64,000 nucleotides of DNA from Paraspadella gotoi (lineage: Eukaryota > Animalia > Chaetognatha): assembly GCA_051294375.1 (NCBI GenBank), contig CM119271.1:8790692-8854691 (forward strand), given 5' to 3'. Positions 27,200 through 39,944 of this stretch are shown here, piece after piece. The notes under the pieces were generated by a model. The model worked only from the letters and a program-made list of their open reading frames with translations, searched no databases and was not told the DNA's origin. Within the stretch, counting starts at the first letter, position 1; each line of letters opens with the position of its first letter. The position numbers and the translations under genes were made by a program.

Positions 27200-27436
27200 A
27201 AAAAGAAAGAAATAAAGAACGAGAGAAAGAAAGAAAAAAGAAAGAAGGGAAAAATGAAAGAAAGACGGAAAGAAAGAAAGAAAGNNNNNNNNNNAGAAAG
27301 AAAGAAAGAAAGAAAGAACGGAAGAAAGAAAGAAAGAAAGAAAGGGAAAAATGAAAGCCACCAAGTCAGCAAGCAAGCAAGCAAGAAAGAAAGAAAGAAA
27401 GAAAGAAAGCAAGAAAGAAAGAAAGAAAGAAAGAAA
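27012..27436. repeat. (GAAA)n microsatellite
   Basis: Direct reading; it is the source of the ERKK/FLSF pseudo-ORFs. Confidence 0.95.
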
Positions 27437-27787
27437 GTTTCCAGTCAGAGGTGCGTCAACTTCGCGCCCTCGAGGATTCGTAAAACTCAATCAATTCGAA
27501 TCAATTCTTGTCTTTTGTTTATGGACGAATTTATTGAGTCTCGAATCTTATCGAAAATGAAAAAAAAAAAGAAACGCTCGTTAAAATATTTTGAGAAANN
27601 NNNNNNNNNNNNNNNNNNNNNNNNNNNNNNNNNNNNNNNNNNNNNNNNNNNNNNNNNNNNNNNNNNNNNNNNNNNNNNNNNNNNNNNNNNNNNNNNNNNN
27701 NNNNNNNNNNNNNNNNNNNNNNNNNNNNNNNNNNNNNNNNNNNNNNNNNNNNNNNNNNNNNNNNNNNNNNNNNNNNNNNNNNNNNNN

Positions 27788-27821
<34 letters not shown>

Positions 27822-28202
27822 GACGGGACCCTCGATTAATTTAATTCCAGTATCTGGAGATTTTTACAAAAATCGCGGGAGAAAATAACTCACACATTCA
27901 CTCACACAAAAAAAAATAATAAAATCGAGAGGCGGTCGACATATATTTTTTAAAGTGACACAAAGTACGTTTTTTAAAACTTTCTTTTTTTTAAATATTT
28001 CTCTCNNNNNNNNNNNNNNNNNNNNNNNNNNNNNNNNNNNNNNNNNNNNNNNNNNNNNNNNNNNNNNNNNNNNNNNNNNNNNNNNNNNNNNNNNNNNNNN
28101 NNNNNNNNNNNNNNNNNNNNNNNNNNNNNNNNNNNNNNNNNNNNNNNNNNNNNNNNNNNNNNNNNNNNNNNNNNNNNNNNNNNNNNNNNNNNNNNNNNNN
28201 NN

Positions 28203-28238
<36 letters not shown>

Positions 28239-28966
28239 ATGTGAGGTCCTTCGAGAGGAGCGGCCTAGGAGAGGGGCGTCCACCTGCGGAGAGACTCGAC
28301 GCTTTTACGGCCATTTTCTTTTCTGTGTCTTTTCTTCTCTTTTTTTGTTTTCTTCTTTACTTTTTTGTTTTCTATATTTTTACTCAGTTTTCTATGTCTG
28401 TTCTTTTTCTATTTTTTACTCTTTTACTCTCTTTTTTACTTTCTCTGTCTTTACTATGTCTCTTCTTCTCTTTTTTGTTTTCATTCTTTACTTTTCTCTT
28501 TTCTATCTTTCTCCTCTCTTTACTTATATTAAATCTTTTTTTTTGTTCTTATTCTTTACTTTTTTTTCTTTCTCTTTTTTACCTCTTTTAAGTCTTTCCC
28601 TCTTTTAACTTTATTCTACCTTTTCCTTGCTTCTTTCTCCTTTATTTTTCTTTCTTTTTTTTCTCGTAATTAAATAATATATCTATCTGTATTTCTATTT
28701 TATTTTTACGACGAGGGCAAGATTTCCTTTGGGATTTAGAAATCAAGTCTGAAGTACAGCGATAAATCAATTGATAGTCAAAAAGATTATTAAATGCTAA
28801 AGCAAAAAAAAAAAGATTTATGGCACTAAAGTTGACATGGCATGGCATGTGCTAGCATGACGTGACGGGGAAAATCGTAAGTTCGTCATTCTTTCTTCCT
28901 TGTCGACGTTTAAACTCGAGACAGTTTGTGACCACATTTTTCACTTCGAAACACACGTGCAAAAGG

Positions 28967-29042
<76 letters not shown>

Positions 29043-30374
29043 AGAGAGAGCATCTGTTATTTTTTCATTTTCCCCATTTTTTAGGTGACAAGGGAACTTA
29101 TCTCATCGCCAACCGCCGTGTCAAAATGTCACAGAACAAAGCCGTTTTTTTTTTCTCATCGTTTTAAAAAAATGACAAAAAAAATAGAATCTTCCCTTCG
29201 GAGAGAAATATAGATTCCTCCACCCCTCTCTTACCTCTTCCCCTCCCCCTCTTCCCCATTACTCTTTCCCTCCGTCATTCCCTCTTCCTCTCTTCCTCTT
29301 CCCCGTCCCTCTCCTCATCTTCCTCATCCACTCTCTCTCTTCCTCTTCCCCCCCTCTTCCCTTACTCTCTTCCCTCCTTTCCTCTTCCCTCTTCCTCTTC
29401 CCCTCTTCCTCTCCCCCAGTTCCTTCCTCTTCCTACATTTCCCTCTCCTCTTCTTCCTCTTCCCCTCTCTCTCTTCCCCTGCCGCCTCTCATTTTCCTTA
29501 CTACTACCCCCCACCGCAAGAGAAAAAAAAATCTTAGGGGAGGCAAGTAGGGATGAAAAATGACGTTTCTTTAAAAAAAGAGCCCAAGGGGGAGAGTTAA
29601 AAATGAAAAATATATACATTTATCATCCGAAAATTTTGGAACGTTAGTTTCTTTTTCTTTTTTTTTTACGTGCATCTGGAGTCCGTCCTCATTAGCGATG
29701 CCCTTTTGTTTTGTGCGCGAGTGTCTTTCCTCTTTTTTTTCTTTCTTTTTTTTTCTCGTCTTTGTCTTTATTAATCATTCCTCCGGTGATTCGACATTTG
29801 TTGTTTTCCCGGCTGAGAATTTGGGTTAAAACTCGCTGTGGGACATTTATTTGTCATTGACATTGATGTTGCAATTTTAGTGAGTGACAGTTCGGCGTGA
29901 ATGCTAAATGGAATCATAAAAAGAAATGCTCGCGAATGAATGAAGCTATCTCTATCTCTATCTCTGCCATATCTCTGTCACTTTTCGTTCGGTCTGTCGG
30001 TCGGTCGGTCGGTATGTCTGTCCGTCGGTCTGTAGTACATTAAAAATGCTTATGCCTATAGTTATATATATGGTTGCTCATTTGTTAAGACTTAAAACTT
30101 CAAATCTAAGTGAATGCTAGCGTCGCCTTCGGGAAATTTTAAAACTATAAAAATAAAATACAAAATTCCGATGCAGTGCGTGTTATTAATACAAATACAA
30201 TATAAAGACGTTTATTATACATCAATTTCCTAGTCATGTAGTCATGTGATCAGTGATCACGTGAAAAGAAAGTCACTGCGGAGCAACACATTGTATGGAC
30301 CGATCTTGTTTCATAAATTCTCGATCAAGACTCTGTCTCGAACCTTGGACCCGACGGTCACTTTTGTAATTAAA

Positions 30375-30422
<48 letters not shown>
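30375..30422. repeat. (TCG)n microsatellite
   Basis: Direct reading. Confidence 0.95.
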
Positions 30423-30424
<2 letters not shown>

Positions 30425-32879
30425 TTTTTCTGCTCCCCTCAGCCTTTTTTTTTTCTCCTTTAACGACAGCATAAACTTCTCTTTTCATTTAATACGTCGA
30501 TTATTAATCACCCGAAAATAACAATAAAAGACAATTTACGAGATTTCATATCTCGATTCTCCTCTGCGTCCAAATTTCGCCGATGTTGGGACCCAATTTT
30601 TTGGGTCTCCCATTGACTCGGGAGAACGTTGGTGCTCGGGAGGTTTGGTGATTTGTTGATTTTGTACTTTTGTACTTCTGCACCTTTGTACCTTTGGTCC
30701 CATTTAAGCTTTGAACTTTGGTAAGTTAGTTAGGGATTTTCGGATTTACTGACAGTAAAGCAAATAGTAAATCTTCATTTGGTTAGATAAAGAAAATTAA
30801 GTAAATGATAAAAAAATTATTAGTGAATAGTTTTGGTTACCCTGATATTTATAAATACGATTTTTCAAAGAAGTCGTGAACGATTTATAAATAAATTATT
30901 GTTAACGGAAAATAATGTGCTAATTTATTTGTACAATAACTTTGAAATACGCTCATAGATTATCATTACTGTTAACGTTTGTTTTCGCTTTACTTTTCTG
31001 TTTGGGGAGGGTTAGACTTATTTTAATTGTGTTGATGTGTGTCGCTGTATCAAATTTTTGATATTAAATACTCAATAGTAAATCTTCTTATATGGAACAG
31101 TATTGCTTCGATACCAAATTCTCATACAACCACCGAATCACTCGTTATATAAATATAAACGATATAAACTCTTAATATAAACGACCCAACGATAGCTTCG
31201 CTTAGAAAAAGTATATTTTATTCGAAACTAAGACACTCACCGCCTCTGAAGTCCCTCGGCGCCTTCCCAGCACTAACTGCCTTCCGCTTAGTCAAAACCT
31301 CATTATGAACGGTAAACGTCTTTCGTGTTATTAATATTCACTCTCATGAATCTTGACACACGTCACTTTTCAGATCTGCGTTGCTTCCGCACGGAAAACT
31401 TGGATGTCTCTGCAACCTAAAAATAAATTTGCCTCAATTATATTTGGGTCAGTTTTAAAAATTGATTTCCCGCAATTTAACGATGTTTCGTTACTTAACG
31501 TAGCACTGTGCGAAATATTTGTTTACCAAAGTTTTCGACAGAGGTCTCGAGGTCAACGTCAGGGGCAATAAAAGATTTAACAACATTTGATATTAACAAA
31601 ATTAAAAAATTTATCGTTTTAATTTTCCAAATTTTGCTTTTTCATTTCGCTCAAATAATTTAAGGTAATCTTTGCTTGAAAGTTTGAAGTCTTAAAAAAA
31701 TTTATAAATCCTTTCCTATATAAACTAAAGATTATTAATAATTAACATATTGAACCAAGGAAATTACATTCTATAAAGTTCCATCGAACGGACAACTTCC
31801 CGCAATATCTTTCCATCATTCCAACTTAAAAAAATATATTCCTCAACACAATCAAAGAAAACATTAACTCGTCCACCACCCCCCCTTTTTCATAATCCAA
31901 AAAACCGCAAAATCCGTTCCATGACCGCGACACCCCGGTACCACCCTTCCACCTTGTCCCACCCCACCTAGCCCACCTCATCTCGACACCCCAACCCAGC
32001 CAGAGACGTCATATGCTTTTTTCATCCTTCGCCCATAAATCAAANNNNNNNNNNNNNNNNNNNNNNNNNNNNNNNNNNNNNNNNNNNNNNNNNNNNNNNN
32101 NNNNNNNNNNNNNNNNNNNNNNNNNNNNNNNNNNNNNNNNNNNNNNNNNNNNNNNNNNNNNNNNNNNNNNNNNNNNNNNNNNNNNNNNNNNNNNNNNNNN
32201 NNNNNNNNNNNNNNNNNNNNNNNNNNNNNNNNNNNNNNNNNNNNNNNNNNNNNNNNNNNNNNNNNNNNNNNNNACCGCCGATGACAGCTCTTCTTTTTCT
32301 TGGACGTGTGTGTGTGAGTGTGTGCTTTCTGCCTTTTGTGTGTGTGTGTGTGATTGTGTGTATATGTTAGTTTGTTTCGTTTCCAAAAAAAAGGAAATAT
32401 TAATTAGTATTTATCTATTCTTAGTGAGATTTACAAGTTCATTTTTATTATTTTCTTGCCTACATTTCGATTAAAATCAGGCCGCCCAAAAATGATTTTT
32501 TCCACACAACGGATTAACTAAAATGTACTCGTAATTGCATTACGATTTGCTTAATACTAATATAAAATCTCCTGTGCAGGTGATGGCTCAACAATAAAAA
32601 AAAAGTTAATTATTTTACTTCCACTTAACTACCGTGCGAATGTTTTTTTTTTTAACCTTCCTTTTTTTAAGGGGAGACCCGTTTCGATTTTGGTCATCTT
32701 CATTAAGGGGAGACTAATTAAACGCGTTTGTCAATATTCTTAGTTCCTTTACAAGAGAATTTGAAAAAAAATTACGAGTGAATATGTCAAAAAGGCTTTA
32801 TTAGATTTTTGAGGTGAAAATAAATTAAATTTCAGAGAAAGTGTCAATATTATTGAAATTAAGTGAGAAAGGGGAAATT

Positions 32880-32891
32880 GAGGGAGGGAGA

Positions 32892-32979
<88 letters not shown>
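32880..32979. repeat. (AG)n microsatellite, representative of dozens of AG/CT tracts in the window
   Basis: Direct reading; many N gaps are flanked by such tracts. Confidence 0.95.
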
Positions 32980-32981
<2 letters not shown>

Positions 32982-34124
32982 CCGTCTCGTTTGATTCATT
33001 AATCGTTTTTCACGATTCGACAACAATGAATTTGTTTTTCTCCTTCATTTTTTATCGTTTTGTTGAAAAAAAAAAAAGAAATAAATTAACCAAAGAGAAA
33101 TTAATATATTCCTCTGCCTTTCGGACTGCGAGAGGGAAGGAAGAAATGGGGGGGGGGAATAAAAGAGAGAAAGACAGAGAGAGGGAGTGAGTGAATGAGT
33201 CGAGAGACAGAGATAAAGAGACGGAGAGAGACAGAGACAGAGAGCGGAAAAAGCGAATAATTCGATTTCGTTCAACAATTTTATCGCTCGTTTATTTTGT
33301 CAAAAAATTCGACGACATGTCAGTCATATAAAATTAAAAATAGAATTTTTTTTTTAATTCGGGCTCCGTCAGATCTTATCCGAAGAAAATAATCGACATT
33401 AAAACTTTCATTAAATAAACAATAAGTTAAGCTGTTTAATTAAAAGGAATAATACCTGATCAAAGGGAACAAATTCTCACGAACGATCGATCTATAAGAC
33501 TGTTTTTCTCTCTTTATCTATATTTTTCTTTTTCTCTTTTTCTAGTTATTTATAGCTTCTCTATAAAAAAAAATAGTTCTATCGTCTGAAAAATGATTAT
33601 AATTCATTCCGCCTTCAATTTTCGCCTTTTCTTTCCTCTCTCTTTCTCTCTCTCTCTCTCTCNNNNNNNNNNNNNNNNNNNNNNNNNNNNNNNNNNNNNN
33701 NNNNNNNNNNNNNNNNNNNNNNNNNNNNNNNNNNNNNNNNNNNNNNNNNNNNNNNNNNNNNNNNNNNNNNNNNNNNNNNNNNNNNNNNNNNNNNNNNNNN
33801 NNNNNNNNNNNNTACCAACCCTCCCCTACCCTCTCCGATGACTAATCCAAACGCCAAAAAATAAAAAAATAAAAAAACAACAAGCGCGTCGTAAACTCAA
33901 AAAAAGTACAGTAATCATCTTTTATCTCTGTCTAATCATTGTTCCCCTTTCGTCTCTAATTTTTTCGCCTATCGAACGACGACGACGACGACGACGACGA
34001 CGACCAAGTTTTATATTTCCAGTTTCGGGAGATTATGAGACGATGACACGCCACGCCGTCCATCTCTGTCTCCTTTGGGGGCCCTTCATCTCTCGTTTGT
34101 CTGTCTGTCTGTCCGTCTTCGGAG

Positions 34125-34167
<43 letters not shown>

Positions 34168-34861
34168 GTCTCTCTCTCTCTCTCATCATATCTGTGTGTC
34201 TCTTTTCCTTCCTTCACATATCTTCTGCAATCTCCTCACTCCTCCTCCTCCTCTTCCTCCTCCTCCCCCTCCTCCTCATTCCCGCCACCCGGTCCTCCAC
34301 TCCCGGCGCCGGGGCGCTCTCTCGGTTCCATCGTCGGCGTCGTAAACATGTCGGCGCAGGAATCGGTCGCCATCTAACGAAGGACTGGTTTATGACTTGA
34401 TAAACAACGATGAATCATTTGANNNNNNNNNNNNNNNNNNNNNNNNNNNNNNNNNNNNNNNNNNNNNNNNNNNNNNNNNNNNNNNNNNNNNNNNNNNNNN
34501 NNNNNNNNNNNNNNNNNNNNNNNNNNNNNNNNNNNNNNNNNNNNNNNNNNNNNNNNNNNNNNNNNNNNNNNGAGAGAGAGAGAGAGAGGGAGAGAGAGAG
34601 AGAGATAGAGATAACGAGGTCGACGACGGTAAAAATCGTCGGCGCCGATCGTTCACAGAATCACAGATGTTCGCGTGAGTATTCGCTCCGTTCATCCGTT
34701 CAGTGAAAAGGAGCCAAACTGATGATAACTAAATAACTAACTTAAATTTATTTTATACTTGTAAATTATGTAGACTTAGTACTGTTTGTTTGTACTTAAA
34801 ATTATGTACCAATCTGTAACGATATGCGTTATTGTCACATATTTGAACATTACAAAGCAAA

Positions 34862-34901
<40 letters not shown>

Positions 34902-35021
34902 CGGGGCGCTCTCTCCGGTTCATCGTCGGCGTCGTAATACATGTCGGCGCAGGCAATCGGTCGCCCATCAACGAAGGACTGGTTTATGGACTTGATAAAC
35001 AACCGGGTGAATCATTTTGAG

Positions 35022-35065
<44 letters not shown>

Positions 35066-35348
35066 AGATGAGATCGAGAGACGATGGAGATGGACTGAAT
35101 GAGAGACGGAGAGAGATGAGAGAGCACTAATCCAAGAACTAATAGCATCCAGGAACGACAAGACAAACGGAGCGCTCTGAGGAACTAACTGGCTAATAAA
35201 AAGTACCCGGCCATTTACAGAAGGAGGAGACGGAGGAGAGGAGAGAGACGGATTTAGAGAAACGAGGTTCCGACGGACGGTAAAATCGTCGGCCGCCGAT
35301 CGTTCACAAATCACAGATGTTTTCGCCGGTGAGTATTCCGCTCCGTTC

Positions 35349-37691
35349 CAAGTATGTCATCCTTCACGAATCGCTTCCCCCGGGGGCCGCGTGCTCGGGG
35401 CGGCCCCGCGGGGTGGCTCCGCGGGGACTGGCCCCGACGCGGGCACGGCAAAATCCTTACCGCCTAGGGGCCGGCGCCCCTGTAGCCTCTTTGGAGCCCC
35501 AAGGGCCACTCCAGGCGGGAATTCCCCCAGGGGCTAGAAAAAAACCCTCTGCCCCCTGGGGCTACCCCCAGGCGGGATTGATTTTCCTGCCCCCTGGAAC
35601 GGCTCTCTTCTCCCTCCTCTCTCTCTTCTCCCTCCTTCTCTCTTCTTTTCTCTCTCCCTCTCTCTCTCTTTCTCTATTTTCTATTTTCATCCTTTCATTA
35701 CAATAAAATATATAAATAAAAAATAATATTTTTCACTTCAAATTTAATCAATCAATTGAACCAATAGCCTTGCACCAATACAAACTTGCATAATTTGGTC
35801 ACCTTGGCATAATTTAGTCAATTGACATAATTTGGTCAACTGATACATAAATTGGTCAACTGATTATAATTTAATCAACTCTCTTTAAATATTTGGTAAA
35901 CTTTTATAATTTGGGTAAACTTTCCTATAATTTGTAATTTTTTTATAAATTAGTTAACTGCTTACATTGTTTAACCTTCATAATTGTCTAAACTATACGT
36001 CTATAATTTGGTTTAAACTTTCATACAATTGTAAACTTTCATCATTTGGTAACCTTCATAATTTAATTCAATTTGCATAATTAATCAACTCGCCATAATT
36101 TGGCTCAACCTTCGGTCAATTTTCATAGATTTTGTCAATTGGCATTTAAAATTGGTCACTGTATATAATTGGGTATAATCATTGCTTTAATTTAGTCAAA
36201 CAGTCATGAATTTGGTCAACTTGCATAATTTTGGTAAACCAATTTCATAATACTCGGTTCAAGTAAAAGTCAACTTTCGTTTTATTCCACTTAGAGAAAC
36301 TCACTTTCATTTTTCTACCCACATATAAAAATTTTATACTTAATTCATTTTCTATAGAATAACAGAAGTAGGATGATTTTAATCTTTTTTTAATTCAACT
36401 TATAAAAAATAATTCAATTAAAAAATATTTTAATTCGCAATTAATTAATTAATTATCAAGTCTCTAGTCCATCCCATATTAGCATTTAAACTCCAATTAT
36501 TATGATTAAATAGATGGATTTGGTAATGAAAATTGTGTGTGTGGTAGGAAAAGTATGTGATTGAGCTAGAATAAAGTTTTCTCTCCTCTCTCTCTTCGAG
36601 AGTCGTCAGCCCTCTAGCATTAACAAACGTGAAGTTCATCATAAGCCAATCTACAAACTGCACGATTATTAATTACAAATCTTAAATAAAATACAACATT
36701 TATTTACCGAAGTGTATACACTTGTTTAATTGTTTGATGAATAGTTTTTATATTTTTTTTGGACGCGGACGCCATTAATTCTAAGTACGGTCTGTCAGTC
36801 AGCTGGCCATTATTTGTTTTGGTAAATTTATTTAAAGATTTCTTTTGAAACATCAAATTATGAATATTTTTTTTAAAAATATAGTGTCTCTCTATCAGTC
36901 TCAATCAGTATGTCCATCCAACAAAAACATGAAAGAAAAAAAAAAATTTTAACAACAAAAAGATAAAAAAGACAAAAAAAGAAAGATCAAATGAGCCTGA
37001 TTAGCTTCTTTGACCCACTTAAATTTTTGTTGGCTACGTCCTACATTGTTTTGCTTTAAAATTTTGTTTTCTATATCCTTTTAACTGAAATAAAAATAAT
37101 TGGGTTAAAAAATACTAAAATATTATAATTTTTAGACTAAAATATGGAAGAAATGACGTTTGAACATGATAATCTTGAAAATATATGTATATTAATTCAG
37201 GTTACATAAAACAAGTTTTACCAAGAGAGAGAGAAAAAAAAGATCTATAGAGAGAGAAAAAAACGTAGAGAGAGAAAGAGAGGTGAAAAAGGAAAAGGGA
37301 GAGAGAGAGAAAGAGAGAGCTGAGAACAGACAGAGGAAATATTCTCAATATAATAACATAGTCAGAAAGTCAATATATTTCTCATCTAACTTTGCTCTCT
37401 CTTTAACTCGCCCCTTGGGGAGCAGTTTTTTGCTTTCCCAAGGGGTCTACCCCCAGGGGCAGACTTTTTTTTTTTGGCCCCAGGGGGGCAAATAGCATTA
37501 GGGGCGCCCCTAATTAGACCCAAAATCGTCTTGGCCCCAGGGGAACCCCCCTGGGGCGCGCCCCCTGAGGCCAATCCATTAGGGGCGCCCCCTTCAATGA
37601 CCATTTTGCTGCTCCCCCTGGAATAGTCTGCCCCCTGCGGCCGCCCCTAGAGCCCACGCGGGGGCTGGGAGGATTGGAGATGACCATATCT
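35349..37691. mobile_element. Non-autonomous TIR DNA transposon (~2.3 kb), 8-bp TSD, hAT- or P-like
   Basis: CTCCGTTC is duplicated at 35341-35348 and 37692-37699. Termini CAAGTATGTCATC... and ...GATGACCATATCT are imperfect inverted repeats with GC-rich subterminal blocks. An empty allele with a single CTCCGTTC lies at 34686-34693. No transposase ORF was recognised. Confidence 0.85.
35782..36250. repeat. Degenerate ~18-bp minisatellite (consensus about AACTTGCATAATTTGGTC) inside the transposon
   Basis: CATAATTTGGTCAAC-like units recur at about 18-nt spacing. Confidence 0.85.
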
Positions 37692-37880
37692 CTCCGTTCA
37701 TCCGTTCACAGAAAAGGAGCCAAAACCTGATTGATAACTAAAATAACTAACTTTGAATTTATTTTATACTTATAAAATTATGTTAGACTTGAGTTAACTG
37801 TTTGTTTCGTACTTACATATTATGTACCAATCTGTAACGATATGCGTTACTGTCACATATTGAAACATTACAAAGCCAAA

Positions 37881-37930
<50 letters not shown>

Positions 37931-39879
37931 TCCTCGTCTCTCTCTTCTCTCTCTTCTCTTCTCCCTCTCTCCTCTTCTTTTTCTCCCTTCTCCCTCTATG
38001 CTAATTTCTTCCCAGTTTGGTTTTATTTTATCTTTCCTTCTTTATTTTTTTCGAAGGCCCAGCGCTAAAATTCTCCATACATTGATCATTTGTCTAGTTT
38101 TACGTTGTTCATTGATCATTTTGTCTTTGGCGACCCGGAGCCATGATCGTCTGAGAACATCATTAATTCCACGGACCCCGAAAAAAAATTATATCGCTCT
38201 TCTCTCTCTCTCTCTCCTTCTCTCTCTCTCTCTCTCTCTCTCTCCTCTCTCTNNNNNNNNNNNNNNNNNNNNNNNNNCTCTCTCTCTCTCTCTCATTTTC
38301 ATACACTTTTTGGCTCTCTTTTCCGACAGTGCCCAATTTCTTTTTCTTTTAACCATAATATTTAATTTAAACATATTTAATGAAAGGTTTAAATTAGTTT
38401 TTATAATAATTTTATTTTTTATTACTCATGGTGTAAATAAATAAAGTAAATAAAATCGTTGTACAAAATTAAAAACTTTGCTAATTTTTAATACAAAATT
38501 GATATGTTTTGGCTTTTGTTTTTTAAGCTTTCATCGGCATTAAAAGTTAAACTGTTAAAACTGTTAAACTTTTGTAATAAAATATAATCATTAACAGAAA
38601 TTAATTCAAACCTTTCATTAAATATCTAAACGTAATGAAAAGAAAGGATCATAATATAACTTAAAAATATATATTCGAACTTACAATTCTTAACCTAAAC
38701 CCTACCTAATCCTGAAGCCTAACCCTAAACCCCTAATAAGCGCCTTATTCCTAATTCTTAACTATAACCTCAGACACAAACCTTGATTCCTAACCCAAAT
38801 TTTTAACCTAAATTACCAACCTAAAATGTTTATAACTAACCTAACCGTTACCTTCATTTAAATCCTTCATTTAAAAAAAATTTACCTAATTCCGAATTAA
38901 AGATTAAAATGGGGCGTTCTGGGAAAATGAGGGCCCACTTTTTTTTTTTTTTTTTTGTCTCTTTTTCTTTTTTTCTCTCTCAATTCTCTCTCCGGCGAAG
39001 TTTAATATTTATCGTAATTCCAGTGACCGTAACGATTTTTAACTTTGTCTTTGAGTCGTTACTGTTATTTCTCGCTCCCTTTTTTTTTTCTTAGCGAATT
39101 GTGAAAAAAAAAATTCGTGGCGACTTTCATTGCAAAATATCGAGTTTCTGCGCAAAAAAAGAAATAAAAAATTGGGTGCGAGTATTGGGTGTGATGAAAA
39201 TATGTATACATACAGATTTCAATTTATTTTATTTTACTTTTTCTAATTTTGTATAATTAAATTAAAATCTTAGGACAGAGTTTTTAGATTTGAATTTGTT
39301 GTATTGAGGATCCCTTCCTGTTCCCTCAATAAAATCCCAAATATAGTATTTGTTACAAATGTTTAAAATTCAATTGTCGGAATCTTAAAACTTAAAATGT
39401 TTTCATTTTATTAAATTAATCATGTTTGTTTGTACTTTTCAAATCGAATAATGTTTAAAAAACTTGGTAAAACAAGTATACTTGTACATAATATAATATT
39501 TTAGAACACTTAGTTATTTTGGGCCACCCTAACTACTTGCATTCGCCTTTTTTTTTTTTTTTTTAATTAAAACTATGTTCACAGTTTTTTAAAATGTGGT
39601 TTTCTAGTTTTGATTTTCTCCATTAAACGAAATCCAAACCTCCTACACTTCCCAACTCCCGTTACATTCACAAGTTCGTAGAAAGGCTGGCATCCTCTTC
39701 TCTCTCATTCTCTCCTCTCTTCTCTCTCCTCTCTCTCTCTCTCTCCTCTCCTCTCTCTCTCTCTTCTCTCTCTCGCCGGTCTCGGAAACCTTTCCAACCC
39801 TGTCCATAATTTAAAAGATTTTAAAGCCGCTATATTTTCTTCATTGATGGTTCTGTGAAAGTATAGGGAGAGAAAGAGA

Positions 39880-39911
39880 GAGGACCCCCGGATGTTGTCA
39901 AATTAAAAGTC

Positions 39912-39944
<33 letters not shown>

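Noticed and set aside
26971-27844. ERKK/FLSF, RERE/LSLS and poly-T/V/S ORFs here and throughout the window
   Set aside because: They are translations of (GAAA)n, (AG)n, (TAG)n and (GAC)n microsatellites.
35782-36250. Regularly spaced repeats as a possible CRISPR array
   Set aside because: The units are tandem without unique spacers, the context is eukaryotic, and there are no cas genes.
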